From Yuukianura sp. NJ FZ-2021 (lineage: Eukaryota), in the NCBI GenBank assembly GCA_046563655.1, contig CM102290.1:496001-560000 (forward strand): DNA of 64,000 nucleotides, given 5' to 3'. Under the pieces are notes generated by a model. It did no database searches and had not been told where the DNA came from. It saw only the letters and a list, made by a program, of their open reading frames with translations. The position numbers and the translations under genes are program-made. Positions within the stretch are counted from its first letter, which is position 1. Each line of letters opens with the position of its first letter. Shown here piece by piece: positions 25,567 to 38,699 of the stretch.

Positions 25567-26537
25567 AAAAGCCTCATGACCTCTGACCTTTCGCTGCCTT
25601 TGCTTTGTACTAAAATGTTACTTTTAAGAGCCTCACAATTTTTAGAAATTGGCCAACCATGGAATGGATCGTTTTATGTTAGTGTTTGCAACTGTTGAAC
25701 TAGATGCTGGACAAAATTTTAATAAAACCATAAGTAACTGCACTCCTCAAAATCCAATATCAAAATCTACAAAAATTTTGAATTCAACTTCTAGTTTTTA
25801 AAAACTGAATTTCCAACGTCTTGAACGCCTAGAAACTGTTGTGTTTATTGATAAAAAATGAGGCTAGTAAGTTAACTGTTCTGCAATTTTGCCAAAGATG
25901 CTAAAAAGTTTTGCAATTTTGCAAAAAGTGCTTACAAAGTTGAGCGAGTTTTGAAAATTGCCGCCAAAGTAGTTGCGGCGGGATCGGAATGCGGCATGGC
26001 CGAACCCACCGCTATGCCTGCCAGCCAGGGTTCTAATGAGAAAAACCCGCCTAGCGAGGCCGCTTGGTCAATGCAAAGGTTCCGTTAACTCAACTTATGC
26101 CACCCCATTTGACATATATGGGCACTAAAATTTAATTGTAATTAATTCAATAGTTGTCGTACTAAAGTTGAGAAGACCTAGTACTAAATCCTTGATTACA
26201 AAAACAAGTCAATTGATAATTAAGTTTAAACTGGGTTAACTTATCTGTAATTAATTATTGAATTTTAGTTAGTTCAAAGGAAAATGCCCACATATGGGTA
26301 TAAAACAATAAAAAAAAAAGAGAGGGAAGGAGCCGACTTGTCTCTCTCGCCTCCTTGCAGTCGTCTTTTTCTCCTTGAATAGGAAGGATTTTACTCTGCT
26401 CTGCTAAACTTCTTGTAAAAATTTTACCTATCAAAGTCACTTTAAAATTTCAATTTATTCACAATTATCAATTGACTCTTCATCAGCAACTCTGTAAGCT
26501 CAATTACTTGCACATTTATTACTCATCAATCGACAAA

Positions 26538-28657
26538 ATGTCACGAGGGGCACGGAAGATCCAAACCGCCGAAGGAGCAACCAAGAAACGTCGACTGAGC
26601 GGTGGGTTGACTGTGGCCACTAAGGAAGATGACGTTTCTTCCACTTCGGCACCGGCAAAGAGACCAAGGGGTAAGCTCAACAAAGATGCTGCCAAGTACT
26701 ATATACTGACTATTGGGTAAAAGAGACGAGTTACTAAAAGTTGATTGTGTTTCTTATGAAATATAAGTGATGATTGATGAATATGTAAATCAAGACGGGA
26801 GTTATAACCGATTACTCCCAGTCATAAGATAAGGATTGTCGACTTATGCTCTCTTTTGATTGGTAGGCGACAAAGTCGGAGCATCTAAGAGGTCGAAGAA
26901 AGCGGAACCTGTTGCTGAGCCGTTGAAGACATCGCCGATGGTGTCGTCGACATTGACTAAGCAGCAGGAAGCGGCTTCTAACCCGGGAACTCTCTATTCA
27001 TTTGGAACGAATACTTGTGGCCAATTAGCTTTAAGCCCAGATGCTGTGGAAAAGCGCAAGTTTCCTTCTCTGTGCGAGTATTTCCGGGAACTGAAGTTGA
27101 GCGTAAGTGTCGAACTGATTATACTACGTTTTAGCCTTACCACACCACATAGAACTTTTATGTCTCTAGAAAAATACTTTATTGAATGTACCTGACTTAC
27201 TGCTTCTCTTCAGATCTCGGGGATAGCCGCAGGTGGAATGCATAGCGTAGTGTTGACTTCTTCAGGTGACGTTTACACCTTTGGTTGTAACGATGAGGGG
27301 GCACTTGGAAGACCGATTGACTCCGAAGACGCTGAAGAAGATAGCGCCAAACCTGGAAAAGTGGAGTTGCCGGACAAGGCTGTTTCGATTACGGCTGGAA
27401 GTTCGCATTCTGCTGCCTTGTTGAGTGATGGAACTCTTTATGCATGGGGTACTTTCCGCGTAAGTTTTTTTTTCTAATTATTTAAGTTACTGAAATTGTA
27501 CTAGTGATTTATTAAACTATAAACAATTACAGGATGGTAACGGACACTATGGACTCGTTCCTGGAGATGGCAACGAAGCTCAACCGTTGTGTCACATGGC
27601 TCCATGCAAGGTCAATTTTGATGAAGGAACTCGCCCAGCCTCCATTGCTTCTGGGAATGATCACCTCGTCATTCTGGATGTGGATGGGAACATCCTTACT
27701 TTCGGAGCCAGTTCTGATTTGCTTGGTCGTGTTTCTCGCGTCACCCGTCGAAATGCAGCGATTGATGAAAAAAGTAATTAGAAATTAAAATTGCACATGC
27801 TTTGCGTTACACAATAACTGATTTCTGATTTTGGATTTCCATAGCCATGAACTTAACTCCAAGGCAAGTTATTGTTCCCGGACATAAGAAGTTCAAGAAC
27901 ATCTACGCTGGAAATAGCTCTACCTTCTGTGTTGAAGATGGGAATAAGGGGACAGTTTGGGGATTTGGATTGAACACGATGTTGCAACTCGGTAAATCCT
28001 TCAGACCTAACTTTTGATTGATTAATTGATTAGGAAAATCATCATTAACACTTGATTACAGGGGTTGTGAAGCCTAAGGCTAAGATGATCGTTGCTCCGG
28101 TGAAATCTCCAGCTATCACCAATCACGGATTTATCAAAATCGCTGTTGGAGAGTTTCATTGCCTTGGATTGACAGCTGATGGTAGGTCATACCGAATCCA
28201 TAGTTTTCACTTAACTTTTGACTATGTATAAATCGGTTTATCTAAATCAATTCGTTATCCAAACGTTTTTCTGTTTGTAGGTAAAGTCTTCTCCTGGGGA
28301 AAGCCGTACGAAGGACAACTCGGACTTGGAGAAAAGACTCCCAAGGAACCCATCAGTTCCCCGACTGAAGTTGAGTTCAGAGACAAAGTTGTCGATATCG
28401 CATGTGGACACTCTGTCTCGTACGCTCTGACTTCCAGTGGCCAACTGTTCTCGTGGGGTTTCGGAGAGAATTATCAACTCGGTTCCAAAGGGGACGAAGA
28501 AGACTCCGATACGCCTCAACTCGTTTTGGTCAAGATCCGTGGTGAGCCGGCTCAAAAGGTCCGTGTCGTTTCTGCAGGAGGACAACATGCTCTTCTGGTC
28601 GGAGACTACGGCTTGGGCGCTGGAGATGAAGAGACTCCAATGGACACCAGCATCTGA
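26538..28657 (+). CDS. RCC1: Regulator of chromosome condensation 1-like (RCC1 beta-propeller)
   Basis: Basic NLS-like N-terminal tail, then RCC1 repeats: [90 protein letters not shown]. Confidence 0.88.
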
Positions 28658-29113
28658 ACACCGGTTGGCTCATGTTTACTTCTAAAGTACGTTTTTTGAT
28701 GATTCCAAAGTACCTAATTATTTTTTCCCAATTAATAATAAGAATACAGTCCAGTTTTTTGTTTTTTTCAAAGAAACCTCAAGGTAATTAAGTTTGTGGG
28801 GACTTTAACAATAATTGTTTTATTCAAAGTATTTATCATGTGTCATAGGATTTGTAAATGTAAATGTAATCAGCTGTGAAATGGTTTGTTTCTGGAAGGG
28901 CCTTTGGCGCGGGGCGCAGGGATTGGTTGGTATTGTGTGTCATAAAAATTCATCTATTTACCTCAACATGATCGAGACTGATAAATAAATAACTGATTTT
29001 TAGAAGGACTTTAATTAACTTATGAGTGATTAGAATTACTTGATTAATCTCATTGTTAATTGACTTTCTAATTTAATGTGCTTCTTGGAGTTGCACACCA
29101 AACTGGACGCGTG

Positions 29114-29348
29114 GCTGGCGTAAGGTTAACGACCTTTGTTGTTACCGCTCGATGTACCCACTTTGCAGCTCCACCGATTGGCTGCACTATAGATACGCCA
29201 ACTTATGTTGCCACTTTAGCTTATGTTAGGTTACAGTGGCTACAAATGTGGCCACCAAGGTATAGACGAGGTTGTAGCCACAAGGGATGGTCGGAGTGGC
29301 AACAGTACATTTTCCAAGTGTAATTACGGTCGTTAATCCTTACGTCAA
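29114..29348. mobile_element. GTGGCTAC-subrepeat interspersed element, copy C
   Basis: TIR CGTAAGGTTAACGACC / GGTCGTTAATCCTTACG; core CTTATGTTGCCACTTTAG and GTGGCTAC as in copies A and B. Confidence 0.7.
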
Positions 29349-29373
29349 CTTTACAAAGTTAACGTTTTGAGTT

Positions 29374-31684
29374 ATGGGTAAGTTGAGTATCCCTTACCAT
29401 TGGTTATCGTTCAGGCTACAATCCAGAAATCGTCAACTGATTAACCTCGCAAGTAGAAGGAATTATATCCAGCGACCGTAAGTTTACTTTCTGGTATGTG
29501 TTTTTGATTGACGAAGATGATGAATTGGTAACGGTAAGACTAGAGCAATCAATTAACATTGTTATTTTTAATTACTAATTGCAGAGAAGGATGGGAAAGC
29601 ATAATTGGTCTGGAAGTACATGCTCAAATTGATCGAAGTTCAAAACTATTTTCTTCTGCGTCTGCCAAATATGGAGGATCCGTAAACACACAAGTAGCCC
29701 TCTTTGATGCCGCAATTCCAGGAACCTTACCGGTGAAACATTGCTAAAGTTAATTATCTTAAGTCTGGAAATCGTTGGAGACTAATTGATTGCTATGTTT
29801 TGACTCGTAGGTGCTGAATCGGAGTTGTGTTGAAGCTGCCTTACTGACTTCCGCTGCTTTATCTTGTCGCATCAATGAAGTCTCTTATTTTGATCGCAAA
29901 CACTATTTTTACGCAGATTTGCCAGTAAGTTTCAGCCAATCGCTGCCAAGCAAGAGCAAATCGCTGTTTCTCAAGGATAAAAACTTTATGAATCCAGGCC
30001 GGCTACCAAATTACTCAACAGCGAAAGGCAGTTGCAAACGATGGACGTTTGAAATTCGTCGTGTTTAGTCCTGGCGTACACAAGGCACCGTATTACCAAA
30101 CTGCCAGGATTCATCAAATCCAGTTGGAGCAAGACAGTGGAAAGAGTATTCATGATGACATTGGAGACAGGTAAGTGCTTTATTGTTATTTTAAATCGCT
30201 TAATGGTCTTGATAGCAACATTGATATCCTTGTTCTATGTTCTTAGGAGCTTAATTGACTTGAATCGGGCTGGAGTACCTTTGATGGAAATCGTTTTTGA
30301 ACCAGATTTGAAAGATGGCGAAGAGGCTGGTGCTTTGATCAAAGAACTTTCGCTGATCCTTCAGAGTCTTGGAACTTGCAACTGTAAAATGGAAGGTGAG
30401 TGATTCAATTAGTAATTGATAAAGTCTAGAACTTCTTACTAAACTCTTGCTATTACAGAGGGCTCACTTCGAGTCGATGCCAACATTTCAGTGAACAGAG
30501 TGGGAGAACCATTGGGTACGAGAGCAGAAGTAAAGAACATCAACACTATTCGAGCCTTGGTCAATGCCATTGAATTCGAAGTCCAACGTCAAATTAACGT
30601 TCTGGAAGGAGGGGGTGTCGTGGTGAACGAGACAAGGTCATATGACTCAATATCCAAACAGACCCTGCCTATGAGGGACAAGGAAGTCAAACAGGTATGA
30701 AACACGTGCAACTAATTAAGTATATAACTTCAATCGATTAATTATATGAATTGATTACAATCTAGGACTATCGCTTCATGCCAGAACCAAATCTTCCTCC
30801 ATTGCGAGTACAGATTAACTCGACTGGTCAATCGAATGCTGGATCTCAACCAAATACTTTTGTAGTTTCTGAATTAACGACAAAGATAGTTGAACTGCCG
30901 GATTCGAAGAGGACACGACTCGTCCAGAACTATGGACTGAGGCTAGACACTGCTCTTACTATCGTTGTAAGTCTCACAATTCTTACCATCAATCAACCCT
31001 AAACTGTGATTAATCATTAATCTAAACTTGGTTTGACCTTTAGAACACTCCTGGATGCTTGGACTACTTTGAATCGGTGATGAAATGCCTGGGAAGTCCT
31101 GACGGCCAGAAACCATCTCACATCCTGCTCACCGTCGTCATCCAATTCCTCTATAATTCGAACATAACGTTTGAAAACAGGTGACTAACATGACCAAACT
31201 AAGTTTGGCACTCGTCTACTATGGTTGTCACTCCTAACAATTTGTGTGTTTCCAGTCCAATGAGTCCAGAATCATTCGCAGAATTATACCAACTGATAGC
31301 AGATGGAAAACTAAACTTGGATAAAGCGAAGGAAGTTGTTGATCGATTATTTCAAGGAGACAAACGATCCCCGCTTCAAGTACGAACTAACACCAAGAAA
31401 AGTTAAAACTTAAAGTTTCAATTAATTAACATTAACTATTCAATAACTTTCAGATTGTCACAGAGGAGAACATGACAATGATAGGAGACGACGAAGCAAT
31501 CACCGCACTTTGTAGTCAAATCATGTTGTCCAATCCTAAAATTGTTGAGAAATATCGCAACACTAAGCACGAAAAGCACATCAACAAACTCATGGGACAA
31601 ATTAGGAAAGCAACCGATGGAAAACTTAATATGTACAAGGCTGATCAGTGTCTAAGAAAATTACTTCTACAATCAGAAAAGTAA
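29374..31684 (+). CDS. GATB: Mitochondrial glutamyl-tRNA(Gln) amidotransferase subunit B (PET112)
   Basis: Basic presequence exon, then [93 protein letters not shown]. Confidence 0.96.
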
Positions 31685-31692
31685 AGTAAGTA

Positions 31693-31808
31693 AGCATGTC
31701 CATGGACATGTTTAGACATGTCCACATAAGTATGTTAGGAAATTTTAGGCATTTCCACATACATGTTGAGCATATTTAGACATGTCCATGGACACGTTTA
31801 GGCATGTC
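31693..31808. repeat. Short palindromic repeat array (CATGTCCATGGACATG / TTTAG(A/G)CATGTC) just after the GATB stop
   Basis: A 16-bp perfect palindrome at ~31694 plus several degenerate copies of a ~12-bp unit. Confidence 0.7.
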
Positions 31809-32195
31809 AGTTGTTTTTGCATTTTGCAATAAATCAGTCAATCTTCTTATGTTTACTCTTTGACAAAGTCATTCTAATAAAGTACATTCTAAAAACATGT
31901 AAGAGAGGCAGCTACTTAATTTAAAGTAGCGTTACGAAACGTAATTTCTTAACTCCTAAAATTGTAAATCATGCGGATACCTTATATCATGCAACGCGTT
32001 TGTTTTACAGTCAAGGCATCTCTTTTGAAAAGACTTTAAACTCGTTGAGTTTGTAGAAAAAAAAAGTGAAAAAAAATAATAAGACCGAAATGTTTGAGAT
32101 TATTTCGTTGTAAATTGTAAACGTATAAACCTCGATGATTTTGCTTTATAACAACCAGAGTCTGCGTTTCCCAATCTGTTTCAATTTCCGAAAGA

Positions 32196-35100
32196 TTAAT
32201 TTAGGTTTACCCCCGGAATGTTTCCAAAATTTGCACCAATAACGCCACGAATTGTGTCTAACTTCCGACGCTCATTCTCAAGAAGTATTTTGTGTTTGAG
32301 AGATTCATCTTCTTTGTATTTGAGTGACGATTCCAGTCCAGCTAATTTCTCATCCCGTTCTGCCAGTTGCTGTAATTTACAAAAAAAATAATTAAGTTTA
32401 GTGACGAATTTATACTTAGAATGTGGATTTTCAAGAATTTTACTGTTTTTATGCGAGCCAAGTCCCCTTTGAGCGTTTTCGAAGCTTCACGCAGGGCTTT
32501 AAATTTTTCCACAGTCTCCTCCCGAGTCTCTTCTTCCTCTGTAACAATTTCACGTTAACATAACGTCAATGGAAATACAGTTTCTTATGTACTTACGTTT
32601 CAGACGTCCTAGAAGCTGCTGCTTTTCCGCCTCCATTCCCTCAAGAGCCGTTGCCAGTTCAGTCAATTTTGATTTGGCAGCTTCACATTCTGATTTCCTT
32701 GCATTCATTTCCTAAACAGGCGTTTGAAAAAAAAAAGTTCACATTGTATTAGCACTCGTTCAGTAAATGATAATAAGCACAATTTGACAAACTTACTTGT
32801 TCCAAAGCAGATATCTTCGCAGTATAACTTTTCTGACGCGAGACTAAAGTATTTTGAAGTGTGAACATCTCCGATTTCTTGTTGTTGTTCTCTAACGTCT
32901 GCTTGCACACCATCTGAACTTGCTTCTCCATCTAAACAGTAAGAAGGTTCAATTAACTGTATGGATCCAAATGACCAAAAAGCCAATGAAAACTGCCAAC
33001 TTACGAGAGTTTTGAGGCGATCAATGGTCAGTTGAAGCTGTGAGATATTTTGATTGGCCAACTCGAGCTCATGCTTATGAAGTTCGTCTTTGAGGTTGTA
33101 CCATGTCAGCAGGTCGTCCAAATCCGGTTGTCTCTTGCCATTCTAAAAATTACAAGAGCTAAGGAATGGATTCCGAACAAGGTAAAAGAAATTCAAATTC
33201 AGTATTAGTAGCAAGTTTACCTCCTTTTGGAGAAATTGCGGAAAGGTGTTCAAAGCCTGCTCCAATGAAAAGGCTCCGCGTGATACTGCTGGAGACAATT
33301 CAATCATTCGTGTGTCACGGGTCGTCCAGCACGAATTTTTTCCCTTCACGATACTTTTGGCGATACAGGAAAGACTAAAAACCAAAAATTGTTCAGAGTT
33401 TTTTAAAATTGTGTTTTTCAAATTCCGATTTTCCGGTCAAAATTTTCTTTTTTGAGATACTTACACAGACTCTTCAAATGACGTTACAGATGTAACTGCA
33501 ATTGCATTTCTAACTTCCCGTTCATCCCCATGCAGAATTCCATTTGAGATTTGCTTCGCCACACTTTCAGTGCTCATGAAGCTGATCAGCTGACCAAGCA
33601 TGTCGCTCTCTCGATTGTACTTGGACATCACTGCCATCAGTTCCAGTAAGCAAGTCATTCGGCGCCATTTGACACTTGGTAAGATGTCGTCAGTTTCCAC
33701 CAATCCAAGAATCAATGGACGAACCAACTTTAAATCCAGTTTTTTACTTACTTCCTCAGAAAATACCGAGTCCGTCAGGCATGCAATCTGCAACGACATG
33801 AAAACGTTTTGAGATGAGTTCAATGTCAAAAGTGTTCAACATTGAACTAAAAACTTACCAGACGGATGGATAAAATATTCAAATCAACACTAGCAGGAGA
33901 CAGATCAGTGGTGAGACGCAGTTTGCTCAAGACGTTATGACCAAAAAGTCCCTCTGTGACTTTCGTAAACAATCCCTCTTCGTCTTGTTTCGATGTCACA
34001 AGTTCCATGATGTGGACATAGACAGCGAGACATCCATGGTAGATGCCAGAACCTTTGTCTGCCGTTTCCCATAAGGCATTTGTAATCAGAAGGCACTCCT
34101 GTATAACCAAAAAGTAAAAAATTAAGATCAGCTGATTAGCCAAAACGACATTAAAACGTAAACGACCTGCTACTGACCTTGTAGGCAGTCATGTGTTGTG
34201 AAATGGGAATGAAAGGTGGCAACAAGCTGATCAGATACTGCAACATCTCCTCTAGAAACTTGCAGTTGCTGTCGACTGGTCTCCGATTGGGAGGCACGAG
34301 TGTTTTGAGTTTCTTCAGGATACTGGCCGATGCTTGAATAAAAGTGTCCTTGATGTCAGACACAACCTTACTGTTGAGCTTATGGTCCACGTCTGAATCA
34401 GTTAGAGACAAGTCCAGGGCATTTCCGGCAGCAAAGAACGGTGCAAGCTTTCGAGTAATCGTCGTCACGAAATCGGCCAACTGAAGAAACGTTGGAGCCC
34501 AAGCATCAACAGTTCCATTCTTTCCAGAGTTCTGATAATTGGTAACCGCTTGAGTCGTTGATGTTGTCATGATGAAGTAGCCTGAGAATCAAAAACAAAG
34601 TTAGCAATACTACATTAAGAATCGTAATTTAAGATGTAACATTTTTGGAAGAATCGGGCTTACCCGCATGCAGGATTTCTGCTGGAAGCATCGGTTCGTA
34701 ATGGAGCATCAAATGTGTGCCTAAGAGATACACAATTTTGTTTTTGCTGGCCCCCTTCCAAAATCCTGTGAGGACTTCCATGATCTTTTTGTGCGTGCCG
34801 TCGAGTTGTCCAATGAGAGCACACGATGGATTCTCTTGGCATAAATTCAGAAGAAGTTGGAAGGCAAGTGTTAACGAAGCCGACGGCTCTGGGTTCTGTG
34901 AGATGTAGGTATAGAGGCTCTTCAGTAGAGCTGTCAATTGAGGTGGTTTCCATTCAATACTCATATTTCTGGACGTAGCCTCCAGCACACGCAGTACCAA
35001 AGTAATTCCAGACGGCGGAAGACTTGGATCAAAGAAAGGAGATACAAGAAAGAGGAGTTTATGCCGGTCACGGAGTGTGATGCGGACAGATTCTTCCTTG

Positions 35101-35450
35101 AGCAAAACATCTAGTAACTGGAAGATCGTGTTGCAGAATTTTAGCATTCCTCTGGAATTGTTCTGCCCTCCGGCTCCGATTTTGATTAACTCGACAACCC
35201 CATCCAACACTTCGAGAAACCGCGGCTTCATGAAATAATCCTTGTTGTTCTCGCATTCTGTAGTAAAGTACTGATACACAAACAAAAGTTATCGTTAAAC
35301 ACATCTTCAAATAAGCAAGTCTGGTGTAGCAACGTGAGAAAAAGTTGTTACCTGAAACAGTTCATCTACAGCTTCCAAGTTCGCGATTTTTAAGGAATTC
35401 TTGGAATCGCTGGCGACCTTGATCAATTTGTCGAAAGTCGTTAAGGTCAT
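32196..35450 (-). CDS. CIP2A: CIP2A-like protein (N-terminal helical-repeat/ARM region + C-terminal coiled coil)
   Basis: Multi-exon model from ATG 35450 to TAA 32196. Segments LLKSLYTYISQ...LAFQLLLNLCQENP and VAKQISNGILHGDEREVRNAIAV resemble CIP2A as I recall it ([32 protein letters not shown]), and the C-terminus is a long coiled coil. Divergent, so orthology is not certain. Confidence 0.6.
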
Positions 35451-36187
35451 CTTGCAGCAGACGACTGACGTCCTGCCATAAAAAAACATAAGTTAACTTC
35501 TGATTTGTTTTCAAACTGTAAACGACAAGTCCTTACCCCTTCCAAATTCAATTGGTGAAAACTCGATTAGTTAACGATTACTTTGTACGGACCTCACCGT
35601 TGGAGACAAAAACTTACACCGTTCCGTTCTTCCGTTTTCCTTGCTTCCCGAAATGCAAATTCAGAAGGAAAAAGAAATTGAGAAGCAAAAATTCAAATCT
35701 CAAAGATTCAATTTTATTTTCCTCACTTTCCCGCTGTTTCAAACCGCCACTCCAAAACCTTCGTACAAAAGAAACGGGGCATCGTGAGACAAAAAAATCT
35801 TTTCTTCTCGTCATTTTTTTCCAAGAGATGGCGCACAACACCCCAAAAGCATTGATGAAGTAAAGCTTATGGTGAAAGTTGCTTTCACTTTTAAAATTTT
35901 ATGAAACCAAAACCAATTGAGTCAAAGCACTACTAATCACACTTGAATCAAATGTTTTATAGAAGTTTTAACTAAATTAATTGCAAATTTGCCACATATT
36001 GTAAAAATTTGATCTTCCCACCACTCCAACAGCACTTAGAATCTCATATGCAAGGTTGCAAAATAGTACTAAAATGACAAACTCAAAAAATTGACAACGA
36101 CTCTAAAAATGTTTGGTTTGACTAGAAAGAAAAAAGAGGCGTTGTACTACTATTTCTCTTCACTTTCGTTTAGCTCACCATTTCTCT

Positions 36188-36381
36188 CAAGGTTCCTTGG
36201 CAACGAAAAGTTGACTTTCTTTAACAGGTTGAGTACTACCTCGCTTGTTTGCAAAAAAATGAAAAAAAATGGTACCAATTTTTTTGATTTGAAAATTGAA
36301 TGGACACTTTTTTTTTGCAAAATCGAAAAAACATGAGGTATTACTTAACCTGTGAAAGAAAATCGAAGTCAGCAAACCTTG
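36188..36381. mobile_element. CAAGGTT MITE, copy 2, perfect 8-bp TSD ATTTCTCT
   Basis: TIR CAAGGTT/AACCTTG; subterminal IR ACAGGTTGAGTACTACCTC / GAGGTATTACTTAACCTGT. Confidence 0.9.
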
Positions 36382-38414
36382 ATTTCTCTTTACTTCTGGC
36401 TACTCCAAGAGTTAATGTTTTCCTAAAGTATTAACTGGGTACTTGAACTTAAGTTTTCTAACGGAGTAATTTGAGTTAGTTGAAATGTTAGACTGAAGTG
36501 ATGTGGGTTGTTGGCAGGCTAAGGTTATGTTACGTTAGGTTCAAGAGAGAAAGGTCCAAATTACAATTTGTGTGTTGTGTGTCCCTGAAGAATTGCCTAA
36601 CTCATTCTCATCTTGAAGATGACTTCAGTTTCCTCACTCTTTGCCTCTCAATAATCATCCACAAAGGTTCCTTCCTCCGAAGGGAAAATGTATCAATTCC
36701 CCAAATAAGCATTTACGACACAAAACCCGCCTATTTCCCCAGAATAAGTTTCTAGAGATCTTTCCCCTCCTCTCTTCAGTTAGTTTACTCTCCGTAGATT
36801 GTTTCGTGAGTGACAAAGGGAGAAGGGAACCAAGTCCCTCGATTCCCAAAACTTTCTGGCACACAAACTCCAACAAACTTTCACTTTCTGACTCTCTCCG
36901 AACCTTTCGGAAATTCTGAGAAAGCAGTTTTAGTAGCTTTTAGGAGCAGATTGACAGAAATGTCAACCAGAAAATGTCAAAGTCAAAATTATGTGGAACT
37001 TTCGTCTGTGTTGTCCCACTTGAAAAGTTTTTGGACAGAAGAGGAGCGGGAAATAGTACAAAAAACAAAAAAAAAAATAGAAAACGAGTAGAAACTTTCA
37101 CAAGTTCAAGACCAAAAAAAAATCGAACAACGATCGTCGTTAAAACGTTTTTGAAAATCCGCGGCGAATTCAGCCAGATTTGAAATTAAGTCAAACTGGA
37201 ATTCAAAAAATCTAAAACTGTCTAAACGTTACGCGGATGTCACAATTAAGTTGTCAAGTCAGATTAGTGACTCGATAAGCTTATTGATTATTTAGAAAAA
37301 GAAAACCTTGTCATTCTATGTTCGCGCTTTTTTTTTCAAAAAGCGTTAATAATGTTTCTCCTATGAATTGGACGACTTTCTTCGTAAGGCTGACATTCCT
37401 CTGGACTTTTTTTGGAGTTTGGAGTTTGTTGAAGAAGTTTTGCGGGTGCGGGAGGGATCGATTAGTTTTTTTGTGGTTTTGGTTGTGCCTGAAGTTCGTT
37501 TGGCTCAAAGTGAAAGTGGTAGTTGAAGTGGTTTTGGCGTGGGCTGCTAATTCTCTCCTGGTCATCCTCGACTTCGTCTCCAGAATAATAAGGAAGTGGA
37601 GAAAAGGGAACTGGTTAGGCTATGGAGAGAGAGACGTTGCAGGACGGCGGGAGAGTTGGCTTTCAAAAAAACCCGGGTTTTGTTGGTCGTTGTGGAGTGG
37701 AGGAAGGCGGGAGAAAGTGAATTCGGGGTCAGGGGAAAGCGCTTACTCTCCCCTCCTTTCCCTTCTATAAACTCCGCCTTCTGAATTATTAATCAAACTG
37801 CCAGCAGTAGCCCTACAACCTACCGGAGTAGTCTAAAACCTAACGTAGCAGGCTCAAACCTAACGATAGGAAGAGGGAAGCTTGTGCTAGAGACAGGGAA
37901 TAACGTTGGGTCACCTTATCCACCGCCACCACGACCAAAAAACCCTGGGACAGTCGAAGAACCAAATGACACTCGAACATCCAATCCACAAGAGCACACT
38001 TTCTGCTCAAATACGACACTCCGGAAACGAGATTCGACGCAAAGGGGACAAAACAAAGGTTAACAGAGCCCATGGACACAATCCGGAGCGGCAGTGTCCA
38101 CTTCAACCAAATTTTCTGCCAATAAGATCTAGAAATTAAACAACTTCTGTCAACTTTTAAAAATTTGAATCCATTTACCTGTGCTGTGCAGCGCTATTTA
38201 AAAAAAAACGCTAATTTTTTTACAAAAAGAATTTTTTTTTCTCCAAAAAAAATTCTTTTTTCTCTTCTCTAAAAAAATCGTTTTCATCCAGAAACGTTTT
38301 TTTGGATATTTTATTTTTTTTTTAGACAAGTGAATGAAGTTTGCTAAAAATTTGTTTTGGGTTTGTTTACTTTCTTTTTTTTTTTTGTCTTTTTATTTTG
38401 TCTGGCGGAATTTT

Positions 38415-38617
38415 TTTGCTTTTTTGCTGTTCTTGGATGCTTTTCTCAGCCAGTTTTTGCCTTTCCCGGACACTTTTTGCTGTACCCTGCCACTTTTCCT
38501 GTTCCCGGACTTTTTGCTGTACCCAGCCCTTTTTGCTGTTTCGGGCATTTTTTTGCAGTTTCCAGCAACTTTTTGCTGTTTCCAGGCACTTTTTGTTGTT
38601 CCGGAACACTTTTTTTG
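38415..38617 (+). repeat. Minisatellite, ~19-20-bp unit (CTTTTTGCTGTTCCCGGCA-like), about 10 degenerate copies
   Basis: Periodic TTTTTGCTGT motif. Confidence 0.85.
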
Positions 38618-38699
38618 TGAGTTACAAGCAGTTAGGTAGAGAAAGCAAGCAAAGAGTCAGAAGTGGATCAGAATTTGGCGATTTGTGTTTGAATAAAAG

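Noticed and set aside
26752..26829. Possible C/D snoRNA in RCC1 intron 1 (8-bp terminal stem TCTTATGA/TCATAAGA, box C-like GTGATGA)
   Set aside because: No CTGA box D precedes the 3' stem, so it cannot be supported without an Rfam or small-RNA hit.
11007..31684. Bacterial origin (HGT or contamination) of the mnmA-like and gatB genes
   Set aside because: Both carry multiple spliceosomal introns and sit among standard animal genes; they are the ordinary nuclear-encoded mitochondrial orthologs.
37311..38139. ORFs on both strands at 37.3-38.1 kb
   Set aside because: No consistent splice model or recognisable homology; may be UTR or lncRNA but cannot be supported.
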